Positions 40,943 to 50,100 of a DNA stretch of 64,000 bases are shown piece after piece. The DNA comes from Planctomycetota bacterium. GTDB lineage: Bacteria > Planctomycetota > UBA1135 > UBA2386. Position numbers and translations under genes: made by a program. The stretch spans positions 7,296,001 through 7,360,000 of the forward strand of contig OZ245006.1 of the NCBI GenBank assembly GCA_965223545.1, written 5' to 3'. The notes under the pieces were generated by a model. That model worked only from the letters and a program-made list of their open reading frames with translations, ran no database searches and had not been told where the DNA came from. The first letter of the stretch is position 1. Each line of letters begins with the position of its first letter.

Positions 40943-43621
40943 GTGGCGAACTTCCCGACAGAACCCTGCGATCCGGAGGATGCCGATCCGGCGAGCGCAC
41001 GCTGGGGAGACAACCTGTCCGGGCAGGATGCGGCTCTGCGGCGGTTGGCTGCCTCGCTCGTGCGCGATCAAGAGATCGGTGACGTGGTGCAAGAGACCTG
41101 GGTCTCGGCGATGGAGATGCGCGCCGAGGTTCGGCTTCCCACGGTGTGGTTGGCGAGTGTGCTCCGCTACAAGGCCGCGAGGATGTACCGGTCGGATCGG
41201 CGGCGGCGAGAGGAGCTGGCGGAATGGGCGCATCGCAAGCTCAACGAGGCGCAGGGCGATGACGCGGACGATCGCGAGGGGCAGCTCTCGGCGGCGGTCG
41301 AGCAGCTGCCCGAGCGCTATCGGACACCGCTGGTGCTGCGCCATATCGAGGGTTGGTCGATCGACGAGATCGCGCGTCATCTGGGGAGGCAGCGCAACAC
41401 GGTGCGGAGCCAGCTGGTTCGGGCGGTGAAAATCCTGCGGCGGAAGCTGGCACCGAAGGCGCGACGGCGGTGGGTCGCGCTGCCGGTGTGCAGTTTGGCG
41501 CGCAAGGGTCAGCGGCGGCGCGGGCCCGGGCCGGTGTCTGCGCAGCTGCTGGCTGCAGCGGGGATGGTCCTTGCGCTGGTGGGTGCTTGGACCATCCGGT
41601 GGACGGACAGTTTGCCTCCCGAGCCGCTCGCTCTCGTCGTCGACGGAGCCGAATGCCGACGCCTTGACGAGCCCGGCGTCGAAGCTGGTTTCAACACTGA
41701 GCGGCGCGAAGTCGCACCGGTCGCCACAGTCCGCGGCCGGGTGGTGCGCGATCGGCAGGGCGTCGCCAATGCGACGATTGTGTTCCGCGACGACGGCAGT
41801 GGCCGCAGTCGGGCGATCGCGATGACCGACGGTGCCGGGTACTTCGTCTCCGACAGCGCACCGACGCGGGGTTGGGTCCGCGCGACGTTGCCCTGGGGCG
41901 GTCACACCCGTTGGGTCGCAACGCAGCCCCACCCCGGTAGGACCGTCGAGATCCGCGTTCAGGCAGGTCTCGGCGAGCTGCGGGGCAGGGTGCTGGGTGC
42001 AGCTGGAGAACCGCTCGACGGAGCGCTGGTTGGGATCCACGTTCGGTCGCGCAGTGGTCCGCGGTTTACCGACGGCGAGTGGCACTTGCCGCCGCCGCCG
42101 GTGCGCACGACGACGGACTCTTTGGGCCGGTTCTCGCTCCAGCGTCTCAGCCCGCACCGAGACGTCCTGTTGGTCATGGCGCATGGATATGCGCCCAGAG
42201 TCGTGCCCATCGCCAAACCGTTGGCGGGCGACATCCGTCTACAACGCGCAACGCAGCTGAGCGGACGGGTCGTTTCCGTCGGTGGGCGCGCCGTGGCCGG
42301 GGCGAAGATCTCCGTCGGTCTGCCCTGGCCCGCGGGATCGCGGACCACGCGCTCGGGCGCCGACGGCTGCTTCGTGCTCGATGATCTGCCGGCTGGTCGC
42401 CACTTTCTGCGGGTGACGATGGCCGGTGGCGCGGGTCTCGCCACTACAGTTCGGAGTCCGAGCCTGGCGCCGGTTGTCCTCCGCGCAACGCGCGATCAGT
42501 CGATTGTCGGCGTTGCAACCGACCCCCAAGGACGCGGGCTCGATGGATGGGTGGCGACTCTGCTCTCTGAGGCCGAACTCGAGCAAGCCGGGCGCTTCGC
42601 GCCGCTGATTGTCGAGCAGCGGGCGCGGACGCACACCAGTGCAGATGGTTCGTTCGTGTTTGCCGGGTGCGTGCCGGGCACTTACGTCGTTACGCTGAGT
42701 CGGCCGGGAGCAGCCACACCCTCGGCCTGGCGCGCGAACGTCGCGCCGGGCTCGGTGCCCTGCGAAATCGTGGTTGGTGCCGAGCCCCGAGCGGGCGTCT
42801 CGGGTCGGCTTGCCGGGATCCAGCCGGGCGACCGCGCCGAGATCCGGGTTCCGTCGGTCGGATGGTCGCAGGACATTACCATCGACCCGGCACAGCGCTT
42901 CGAGGTGCACGACGTTCCACCGGGTACATGCGAGATCTGGGTCTGGCCGCCCGCGAGTCCGCCGCGCCGCCTCCTCCGGCGCACGTTGCTCGCGGGCGAG
43001 TCTGCGGAATTGGGTGCGCTCGTCCCGCCGCGTCCCGGTCAGTTGGAGATCCAGCTCGCTGCACCGCAAGCGGAGTTGCTGGCCAATGTCTCCGTCATCT
43101 TGCGGGGGGATTACGTCCGGTTGGCCCACACACCGCATGGCACGCGCGGCATCCGCTACGACGGCAACGGGCGGGTGACCGCCAACAACCTCGTGCCCGG
43201 GACCTACGAGCTGCGGTTGCGCTGCCCCGGTTTCGTCGACCTCTACCAGAGTATCGAGATCCAATCGGGTGCGACCACGACCCTGCGCCACGAGCTCGAA
43301 CGGGGTCGAGACGTCGCTGTGCGTGTGTCCGGTCTACGGTGGCTCCTGCCTCGCGAGCCCTACACTCTGGCGGTGGTCGATCGCCGCGGTTGCGAGTTGC
43401 TGGCCGGGCGCGAGTTCTACTACGACGGCGTGGATGCGTTCTCCCTCCGTGTCTGCGTGCCGGTCTCGGCAACTGCTGTCGTGGTCCGCTCGGCGACGCG
43501 GATGGCCCGCGGTCGCATCGACGAGGCGATGGGACAACTCGCAGAGGTCAATCTCGAGCTCGAGCCGATCTTGAAGGGCGGCGGTCAGGGCACGCACAGT
43601 CGGGTGCCCGCGGCGAACTGA
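40943..43621 (+). CDS. ECF sigma factor with transmembrane segment and carboxypeptidase-regulatory-like repeats
   Basis: Region 2 DVVQETWV, region 4 LPERYRTPLVLRHIEGWSIDEIA...TVRSQL, hydrophobic helix, repeated GRV...G...GA / TDxxGxF units; start uncertain. Confidence 0.85.
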   Translation: MANFPTEPCDPEDADPASARWGDNLSGQDAALRRLAASLVRDQEIGDVVQETWVSAMEMRAEVRLPTVWLASVLRYKAARMYRSDRRRREELAEWAHRKLNEAQGDDADDREGQLSAAVEQLPERYRTPLVLRHIEGWSIDEIARHLGRQRNTVRSQLVRAVKILRRKLAPKARRRWVALPVCSLARKGQRRRGPGPVSAQLLAAAGMVLALVGAWTIRWTDSLPPEPLALVVDGAECRRLDEPGVEAGFNTERREVAPVATVRGRVVRDRQGVANATIVFRDDGSGRSRAIAMTDGAGYFVSDSAPTRGWVRATLPWGGHTRWVATQPHPGRTVEIRVQAGLGELRGRVLGAAGEPLDGALVGIHVRSRSGPRFTDGEWHLPPPPVRTTTDSLGRFSLQRLSPHRDVLLVMAHGYAPRVVPIAKPLAGDIRLQRATQLSGRVVSVGGRAVAGAKISVGLPWPAGSRTTRSGADGCFVLDDLPAGRHFLRVTMAGGAGLATTVRSPSLAPVVLRATRDQSIVGVATDPQGRGLDGWVATLLSEAELEQAGRFAPLIVEQRARTHTSADGSFVFAGCVPGTYVVTLSRPGAATPSAWRANVAPGSVPCEIVVGAEPRAGVSGRLAGIQPGDRAEIRVPSVGWSQDITIDPAQRFEVHDVPPGTCEIWVWPPASPPRRLLRRTLLAGESAELGALVPPRPGQLEIQLAAPQAELLANVSVILRGDYVRLAHTPHGTRGIRYDGNGRVTANNLVPGTYELRLRCPGFVDLYQSIEIQSGATTTLRHELERGRDVAVRVSGLRWLLPREPYTLAVVDRRGCELLAGREFYYDGVDAFSLRVCVPVSATAVVVRSATRMARGRIDEAMGQLAEVNLELEPILKGGGQGTHSRVPAAN

Positions 43622-43634
43622 CATGGCGCCGTGG

Positions 43635-43660
43635 ATCGATTGCGGTCATCGATTGCGGTC
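43635..43660. repeat. 13-bp tandem duplication
   Basis: ATCGATTGCGGTC twice in a row. Confidence 0.9.
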
Positions 43661-43668
43661 CCTGAGCG

Positions 43669-43764
43669 TCCGGCGCCTCGAATCGTCGAGCTGCGACAAC
43701 ATTTTCAAGGCAACGCCGCTGCCATGGCGACAACGCGGCCGCGCCGGAGGCTCGGAGAGACAGT
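43669..43764 (+). repeat. 96-bp intergenic repeat, copy 1
   Basis: 87/96 identical, ungapped, to the reverse complement of 59297-59392. Confidence 0.92.
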
Positions 43765-43908
43765 TCGTGACCGATTCATCTCTCGGCGTGACTCCGGGCC
43801 TTTGACGCGTGCTCGACTTGGCAAGTGATCGGGCATCGAACGCCGACCGGATTTTTTCGCGTCCGGTGTGTGCGGTTCAGGCACCTACAACCCTGACCGG
43901 AGTCGTTC

Positions 43909-44598
43909 ATGCCCTCATCGATCGCGTCCTTGTTCTTGGCCGTCCTTGGCGTCTGCAGTAGCGCCCTTCTCCCAAACTCCTTCGATGGCGGGCGGTGTAC
44001 CGCAACGCGGTCGGCCGAAGTCTCGGCGACCAGGTTGGCCGAGAGCCAACGAGGGTGGGCGCGGCAAACGCAACCCGCCCTGGCCAACATCGAGCCCTTG
44101 GTCGGCCGAAGCAGGGCGCACGAAAGGGAGTCCCGACCGCCACGTGGAGTCTCCACGTTGATTCCGCAAGCAACCGTTTGTCCGACGTCGCCCACCACCT
44201 GCCCGCTCGCGGAGACCCTGTGCCCGTTTGCGAACACGGTGTGTCCAGTCCAAACCACGGTCTGCCATCCGACTCAGTGTCCGGTGGTCACCACGGTATG
44301 CCCTGAGAGCGCGACGATTTGCGAGTTCACCGTGTGTCCGCAGTCGTCGACCAGTTGCCCGACCGTGCCCACGGTGTGCCCGATCGAGGCGACGGTCTGC
44401 GCGCCGACAACTTGCAACTTCGTCATCACGTATTGCCCGCGCAGCTACACCAGATGTCCGAAATGCACTGAAGTGGCCAGTTCCGTGCCGGTGCGCGAGC
44501 TCGCGCCTTCCGATCGACGATCGCAAATCGCAACCGTCGGCGACGCGGTGGCGGCGCTCGATGGTCTCGTGCCGGCTACATCCGACCCAACGGAATAG
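43909..44598 (+). CDS. Secreted Cys/Thr-rich T-x-C-P repeat protein A
   Basis: GGAG RBS; hydrophobic signal; 15 T-x-C units at 44173-44466. Confidence 0.85.
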   Translation: MPSSIASLFLAVLGVCSSALLPNSFDGGRCTATRSAEVSATRLAESQRGWARQTQPALANIEPLVGRSRAHERESRPPRGVSTLIPQATVCPTSPTTCPLAETLCPFANTVCPVQTTVCHPTQCPVVTTVCPESATICEFTVCPQSSTSCPTVPTVCPIEATVCAPTTCNFVITYCPRSYTRCPKCTEVASSVPVRELAPSDRRSQIATVGDAVAALDGLVPATSDPTE

Positions 44599-44618
44599 TG
44601 ACCACGAGGTCCCATCCC

Positions 44619-45371
44619 ATGAAATCTCTTTGGATCATGCCGCTTGCGGCCGCACTCTTGCTGCCCGCCGCCGATCCGAGCACGGGCCCGGACCTCGACG
44701 GCTCAGAGATCGTCTGTGGTTGTCCGCTCGCGCAACAGCTGCTCACGACCGCGACGCAGCGTTGGCTCGTCGAACGGCGGACGGAGTTGGCGTCGCCAGC
44801 CGAGGTTGGTGAACGAGTCGATCTCTCGGCGCAGTCCTCCGATTCGCACGAGACGTTCCAGGCCATGCCGGCGACCCAGGGGCCGTCGACCCAATGTCCG
44901 GTAGAGACTCAATGCCCCATAAGCTCGACGTTTTGTCCAACGCGAGTGACCTACTGCCCGCAGGCCGAGACCGTTTGTCAAGAAACCCACTGTGCAACGG
45001 TCACCACGCGCTGCCCAACGGTCCCGACGGTGTGTGAGCACACGGTGTGTCCGGTCTCGCCGACGGTTTGTCCTCAGCTGGCAACGGCATGCCCCTACGT
45101 GAGCACGAAGTGCCCTATCTCGACAACCTACTGCCCGACCCTTGCGACGCAATGCCCGCAGAGGACGACGTATTGCCCCGCGGAGGAGACACGGTGTCCG
45201 GTGATCCAGTCGCTGTGTCAATGCGAACTGGCGTCGCCGTCGGTCGACGGATCATCATCGCTCGCCTCTGACCTGTCGAAGTCCGTCGAGCGTTGGCCAC
45301 CGAGACACCCGGAATGGCGGCTTTCGGATCCAACGGAAGCCATCGAGACGATGTTCTATGTCGGTCGCTAA
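44619..45371 (+). CDS. Secreted Cys/Thr-rich T-x-C-P repeat protein B
   Basis: GAGG RBS; MKSLWIMPLAAALLLPA signal; 16 T-x-C units plus SLCQC at 44889-45224. Confidence 0.88.
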   Translation: MKSLWIMPLAAALLLPAADPSTGPDLDGSEIVCGCPLAQQLLTTATQRWLVERRTELASPAEVGERVDLSAQSSDSHETFQAMPATQGPSTQCPVETQCPISSTFCPTRVTYCPQAETVCQETHCATVTTRCPTVPTVCEHTVCPVSPTVCPQLATACPYVSTKCPISTTYCPTLATQCPQRTTYCPAEETRCPVIQSLCQCELASPSVDGSSSLASDLSKSVERWPPRHPEWRLSDPTEAIETMFYVGR

Positions 45372-45490
45372 AGACCGCTCGAACGGCTGCACGAGGGTGC
45401 GGGTCGAGCGGTCCTCGATCGACCCGCGGCGCGCGACGCGACTCGGCTGTGCGGCTGCTCGAATCGTGCCATAACCGCGCCCGCAGAGAG

Positions 45491-47734
45491 ATGATGCTCG
45501 CCACGGCACGCGGACTTTCTCGCGCATGCTCGTGCCTGCTGACGCTGTCGTCCGCCGGCCTGTTCCACGGTTCGGTCGCCAACGCGCAGGCGCCGATTGG
45601 TCCAACGTCTTGGCCGATCCTCGGCAGCCAAACCCAGCGTTGGTCCATGGATCTGCCCGTGGCGATCCACCAGCTTCGTGGAGCCGTCCGCTTCGTCGAC
45701 GGCGGCGAGCGCGCATCGAGGAGCGAGGCTTTACGGCTGCATGTGCTTGGTTCGGCCAGTGCGCTCTACGAGGTGGTCCACTCGGCAGGCTTTCTCAGCG
45801 AGGGGTTCACCGAGTTCTATGGAATCGAGGCAGGTAGGCGGCCTTGCTACCTGCGCCGAGGGGATGAGACCAGCGGTTTGCTTTGGCTGGATGTCGCCGC
45901 GCACGAAGTGATCGAGTGGCCGACACCGCCGCTCCTGCCGTGTCGGCTGCGGCGCTTGGAGTTGCGGGGGCCCTCGGAGTTGGCGCTGAGCGGGGCAACC
46001 GTCCTACTCGAGTACGACGGCTTCGCAATTCCGCGACCATGGCTCGGCGAGCCCATCGTCCTGGAATCACCCCTCGATCAGCCAGCGACCGTGCGCGTGC
46101 GGTTGCCCGCCACCGGCGGTGGGACGGTGGCTCGATTCGGGACCACCGCAAGCGTGCTGCCGGGGCCTGAGCCCATTGTGATCGCGGTCGACGGCGGCGG
46201 CCGCTCGATCCGCCTCGGGTCGAGCCCGACGCAAAGCGCCTCGACGCCAGCCTCGATTCGTTATCGCCTGTCGATCGAACCCGTGGCGAGCGCCCTCGAA
46301 CGCATGGTCGGTGCACCCGTCCGCCTGTTGGCGGCGGTGGACCCTCTGCAGTTTCGCTCACCACCGCGTTCGCACACTTGGGTCGAGGGCGGGTCGACGA
46401 CCGATCTACGCATCGACGGCCTTGCCGCGGACAAGGCGTGGCTCGGGGTGGGGACCGACCACCGCTGCCGCGCGATGCTCTGGCGCCAGCAGCCGAAGAC
46501 GGTCACCGAGGTGCACTTGGAACCCGCGTCCATCGCCAAGGGCGCCGCCGAGCTGATGGTCTTGCCGCCGTGGATGCGCACCATCGATTTGGACTCACCC
46601 GTGGGCCCTGGTCCACGCCGTGTGATCTCTGGGGCGCCGAGTCAGCTGTGGACCGGTGGGCCTGGGTTTCGCGACGCGCGCCGCCTGCTCGGGTGGCGGA
46701 ACGGTGATGGCTTGGAGGTCGAGCTGCCCGTCGCGATCCCGGTTCTGCCGCACCCACAACTGGGTCCGGACGACGAGCTGACCGTGCGCGTGCGGGCCTT
46801 TGGCGTGGCGGTCCACCACGGCGAGCGCTTCTATTGGCGGCAGCGTGCCCCCTTCGATGGCACTTGGCCCGAGATGCCCGACGGGCTTCTCGACGCTGTG
46901 GTGCGGCGGCGGGGACGCGGCGTCAAGGTCCTGCGCGGTGTGCTGGTCGATGGTGTCCTGCTCAAGCCGTTCGCCCGCTGGCGCGACGTGGGCGCGGTGC
47001 AACCCGAGACCGAGGGCGTGACGGTCGTGGGCCCCGACGGCCGACCAGTCGTCGGCGCAACCTTGCTCGATGCCAATGGCGAGGCCGTCGGGACGACGGA
47101 CGAGGACGGGCGGTGCTCGCTATCAGCGGCGCTCCAGGGCCGCGAGCCCGGGGTCGTTGCGGTCCTGCCGCCATGGGGTGGGTTTGCGCAGCGGCACACC
47201 GTCGACGTGAACGGATCGACGCTTCATCTAGAACGCCCGGAGCCAAACCACACCTGGGAGAACCTGCAGCGCGTTCTTGGAGTCGACCTCGAGTCGGTGG
47301 GCATCCACAGTGTCAGGCTGTGGCGGATTGGCTCGGGCGAGAGTGCGAACCTGTCGATCCAGCACCCCGCCACGCTTTCCCAAGGCGAGCCCGTCGAGTT
47401 TGCGGGCAACGCGCCCGGGGTGCGGACGTGGGGTTGGTTCCGCGCGCCCTCGGCCACCGTTGGCCCGACGGTTGGCGCCGGCCGTGCGGAACTCGTCCTC
47501 GCCAACCGCTCCGCGTCGCGGTTTGTGCACGTTTCGTTGGCGCGCTGTGAGCTGCGCCTGGAGATCGGAGCGCGCCGTCAGCAGCGGTTGTCGATCAGAG
47601 CGCCGGCATCGATCTCGGTGGTCTCGGCCGTGGAGAAGAGCACGAGTTCAGAAGAGCTACTGTTGGACGAGGTCGTCCGCGCGGACCTGGCCGACAAGGA
47701 TGTTCTGGTCATTACCTTCGGCGAGAGTTGGTAG
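45491..47734 (+). CDS. Secreted hypothetical protein (beta-rich, one carboxypeptidase-regulatory-like motif)
   Basis: Signal ending ANA-QA; GPDGRPVVGA...TTDEDGR motif; TAG overlaps next GTG. Confidence 0.7.
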   Translation: MMLATARGLSRACSCLLTLSSAGLFHGSVANAQAPIGPTSWPILGSQTQRWSMDLPVAIHQLRGAVRFVDGGERASRSEALRLHVLGSASALYEVVHSAGFLSEGFTEFYGIEAGRRPCYLRRGDETSGLLWLDVAAHEVIEWPTPPLLPCRLRRLELRGPSELALSGATVLLEYDGFAIPRPWLGEPIVLESPLDQPATVRVRLPATGGGTVARFGTTASVLPGPEPIVIAVDGGGRSIRLGSSPTQSASTPASIRYRLSIEPVASALERMVGAPVRLLAAVDPLQFRSPPRSHTWVEGGSTTDLRIDGLAADKAWLGVGTDHRCRAMLWRQQPKTVTEVHLEPASIAKGAAELMVLPPWMRTIDLDSPVGPGPRRVISGAPSQLWTGGPGFRDARRLLGWRNGDGLEVELPVAIPVLPHPQLGPDDELTVRVRAFGVAVHHGERFYWRQRAPFDGTWPEMPDGLLDAVVRRRGRGVKVLRGVLVDGVLLKPFARWRDVGAVQPETEGVTVVGPDGRPVVGATLLDANGEAVGTTDEDGRCSLSAALQGREPGVVAVLPPWGGFAQRHTVDVNGSTLHLERPEPNHTWENLQRVLGVDLESVGIHSVRLWRIGSGESANLSIQHPATLSQGEPVEFAGNAPGVRTWGWFRAPSATVGPTVGAGRAELVLANRSASRFVHVSLARCELRLEIGARRQQRLSIRAPASISVVSAVEKSTSSEELLLDEVVRADLADKDVLVITFGESW

Positions 47735-50100
47735 TGTCAGCGAGGCACGAGCGGAGGGCTGGAGTTACCGCCCCCGGCCGCACTCCATCGCGGACCGCGC
47801 TCGTGGCGACGAGCGCGTTCGGCCTGCTGCTGAGCGGCGCACACGGTTGGTACCCGGCGATGCTGCAGCCGTTGCTGCTGCTGGTTGCGGGCGGCATCTC
47901 CGTTGCCAGCATCGCGGGCTCCGATCGTCGCTCGCAGCTGCTCGGATCCGTGCTGCTTATCCTGGGCGTGATCGGCAGACAACTGCTGTCCACTGATCTC
48001 GTGGCGGTGCTGGGATTGGCCGGAGCGCATGCCTTGGTGCGGCAACCGACCATTTGTCGGGGGCTGTTGGGCCTGATGATCCTGTGTCTCGTGCTGACGA
48101 CGCGCGTCGGCTACTACGCAGAGGTCGGGCTGGCGCAGTGGATCTCGATGGTCGCGGCGATCGGCTCTGGCGCCGACGTCTCGCTGGGACCGGTCTACAG
48201 CGGTGCTCGTATGGCCGTCGTGTTGATCACGATCGTGGCAATTGCAGCTCCGACTGCGCGCGGGAGGCAGGTCGGACGCATCCTGCTGCTGCTCGCAGCC
48301 GCGGTCGCCGGAGCCGTGCTGGTCTCGTGGGCGGCGAGCGTCTTGCCGCCGTTCGGATCGAGTCCGTCGGCGAGTCTACGCAGCTCGGTGGTCGCCGCGC
48401 AGCTGCCATGGGTCCATTCGGTCTGCGGTCTCGCGATCGTCACCGCGCTTGCAGCGCGGGCACGCCCGCGCCCAAACCCCCACCCGTCCCCAAGGTTCGT
48501 GGCCGCGTTGCCAGTTCTCGCTGCCGGTGCTCTGCTTCTCAGTCTTCCGCCGGTGGGCCTGCCTGCTGCGCGTCATGTCACGTTCTATCGGCCTGGGTTC
48601 TCCAACTGGGACCTGCCGCGGGCGGACCTGTCCGGCGCTGGCCCCTACAGCACCGGAATGCTCGGCTCTCTGCCGATGTTTGCGCGCGCCCTGGGCTTGC
48701 GGAGCGATCTCGTCGATGACATCGACGCAGAGGTTCTGGCGACGACACAGATCCTGGTCCTCGTCAATCAGAACGAGCCGATGACGGGCGGTTCCGATGT
48801 CGCGATCGAGGCGTGGGTCCGCGCCGGGGGGCACTTGGTGGTCGTGACGGACCACACCTTTCTCCATCCGAGTGAGGATGGCCATCGCATCCACGGCAAC
48901 GACCCGATCGCGGCCACCGGGATCCGGATCGAGAACAACTCGGCGGATCACCTGACCGCGGCCAACTTTGACGGCACCGTGGCTTTTGGATTCGCCCAAC
49001 CGCTCGACTGCGTGCCCGGCAACCCGCACATGCCGATCATCGGCGCAGGTCTTGCGCTTCGTTGGCCGGCGACGCCGCTCGTGATCGGGCGTTACGGCTA
49101 TGAAGATCTCGGCCGGATTCCCACCGCCGTCTCCGACGACGCGATTGGCGACCTGACTTGGAACCCCGGCGAGCACCTCGGCGGAGTCGTTCTGATCGCA
49201 GCTCAGCAGCTCGGCCACGGCAGGGTCAGTGTCGTTGGCGACACGACTGGCTTCCACAACATCGCCCGCACCAGCACCTGGCGCGTGGTCGGTGACTTTC
49301 TGTTGGGGCGAGCGCACGGTGGTCCTGGGCCGGCCGCAGTCGCCGCGGCGGTGCTGCTGTTGCTTGGGATCGTGATTTGGCGGCGCCGGGGACCGACCCA
49401 GAGGACGGCGATGCTCATGGCCACTGCGCTCACTGGGGTTGCGGTGCTGTCCAACGCGAGCAACGCCCCGGTGGTCGCAACCGATCCTGCGCAGCCGCTG
49501 TTGGTGCTTGACACCGCGGTGTCACCTTCGGGACCGCGCGGCGATTGGAGCCCGGAAGGACACTTGACGGTGATCTCGACCGCGCTCCGCTCGGGGTTCC
49601 TGCCGCTGTTTACGAACACCAAAGACGGCATTCCCGACGGAACTCGATGCATCATCCTGTCGCAGCCCAGGGCCGATCCCGGTCGCGAGTGGGCGGCCAA
49701 CCTGCTGCGCTGGGTCGAAGCTGGAGGACATCTGCTGATTGCGGCCGGCTACGAGGAGCAAGCGGCGATGGCGGGTCTGTTTTCCAGGATTCACTGCCGC
49801 GTCGATCCCCTGGTTGTCGCACCGAACATCGTGAATGTCCGTGATCGCGTTGGCGAGGTCGTCGACGTCCGATTGCCCGAGTCCTGGAACCTGTCGTTGG
49901 GTGAAGGCGGTTGGTCGCGCGTTCTGTTCGACGCCGAGACGACCACCATGGCGCAACGCCAACTCGGCGAGGGCCTCGTCACCGTCGTGACGGATGCGAC
50001 GTTCTTTCAGAACCGCTACCAGGAGTCAGAGGAGTTGATCGTCGAGGGCAACCTGCGCTTCACCATGTCGCTGCTGACGAACGGAGTGGAGCTGCGGTGA
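47734..50100 (+). CDS. Multi-pass membrane protein with two DUF4350/GldG-like soluble domains
   Basis: Many N-terminal TM helices; LATTQILVLVN...AWVRAGGHLVVVTDHT; GHGRVSVVGDT; second domain WVEAGGHLLI...GEGLVTVVTD. Confidence 0.8.
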   Translation: MSARHERRAGVTAPGRTPSRTALVATSAFGLLLSGAHGWYPAMLQPLLLLVAGGISVASIAGSDRRSQLLGSVLLILGVIGRQLLSTDLVAVLGLAGAHALVRQPTICRGLLGLMILCLVLTTRVGYYAEVGLAQWISMVAAIGSGADVSLGPVYSGARMAVVLITIVAIAAPTARGRQVGRILLLLAAAVAGAVLVSWAASVLPPFGSSPSASLRSSVVAAQLPWVHSVCGLAIVTALAARARPRPNPHPSPRFVAALPVLAAGALLLSLPPVGLPAARHVTFYRPGFSNWDLPRADLSGAGPYSTGMLGSLPMFARALGLRSDLVDDIDAEVLATTQILVLVNQNEPMTGGSDVAIEAWVRAGGHLVVVTDHTFLHPSEDGHRIHGNDPIAATGIRIENNSADHLTAANFDGTVAFGFAQPLDCVPGNPHMPIIGAGLALRWPATPLVIGRYGYEDLGRIPTAVSDDAIGDLTWNPGEHLGGVVLIAAQQLGHGRVSVVGDTTGFHNIARTSTWRVVGDFLLGRAHGGPGPAAVAAAVLLLLGIVIWRRRGPTQRTAMLMATALTGVAVLSNASNAPVVATDPAQPLLVLDTAVSPSGPRGDWSPEGHLTVISTALRSGFLPLFTNTKDGIPDGTRCIILSQPRADPGREWAANLLRWVEAGGHLLIAAGYEEQAAMAGLFSRIHCRVDPLVVAPNIVNVRDRVGEVVDVRLPESWNLSLGEGGWSRVLFDAETTTMAQRQLGEGLVTVVTDATFFQNRYQESEELIVEGNLRFTMSLLTNGVELR

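Noticed and set aside
43669..43764. 96-bp repeat as an integron attC site
   Set aside because: No RYYYAAC/GTTRRRY boxes at its ends and no integron integrase in the window
44173..45224. Cys-repeat tracts as a CRISPR array, multiheme cytochrome or classical RiPP precursors
   Set aside because: No identical DNA repeats with spacers, no CxxCH motifs, and no recognisable maturase or peptidase-transporter nearby; both proteins have Sec-type signal peptides
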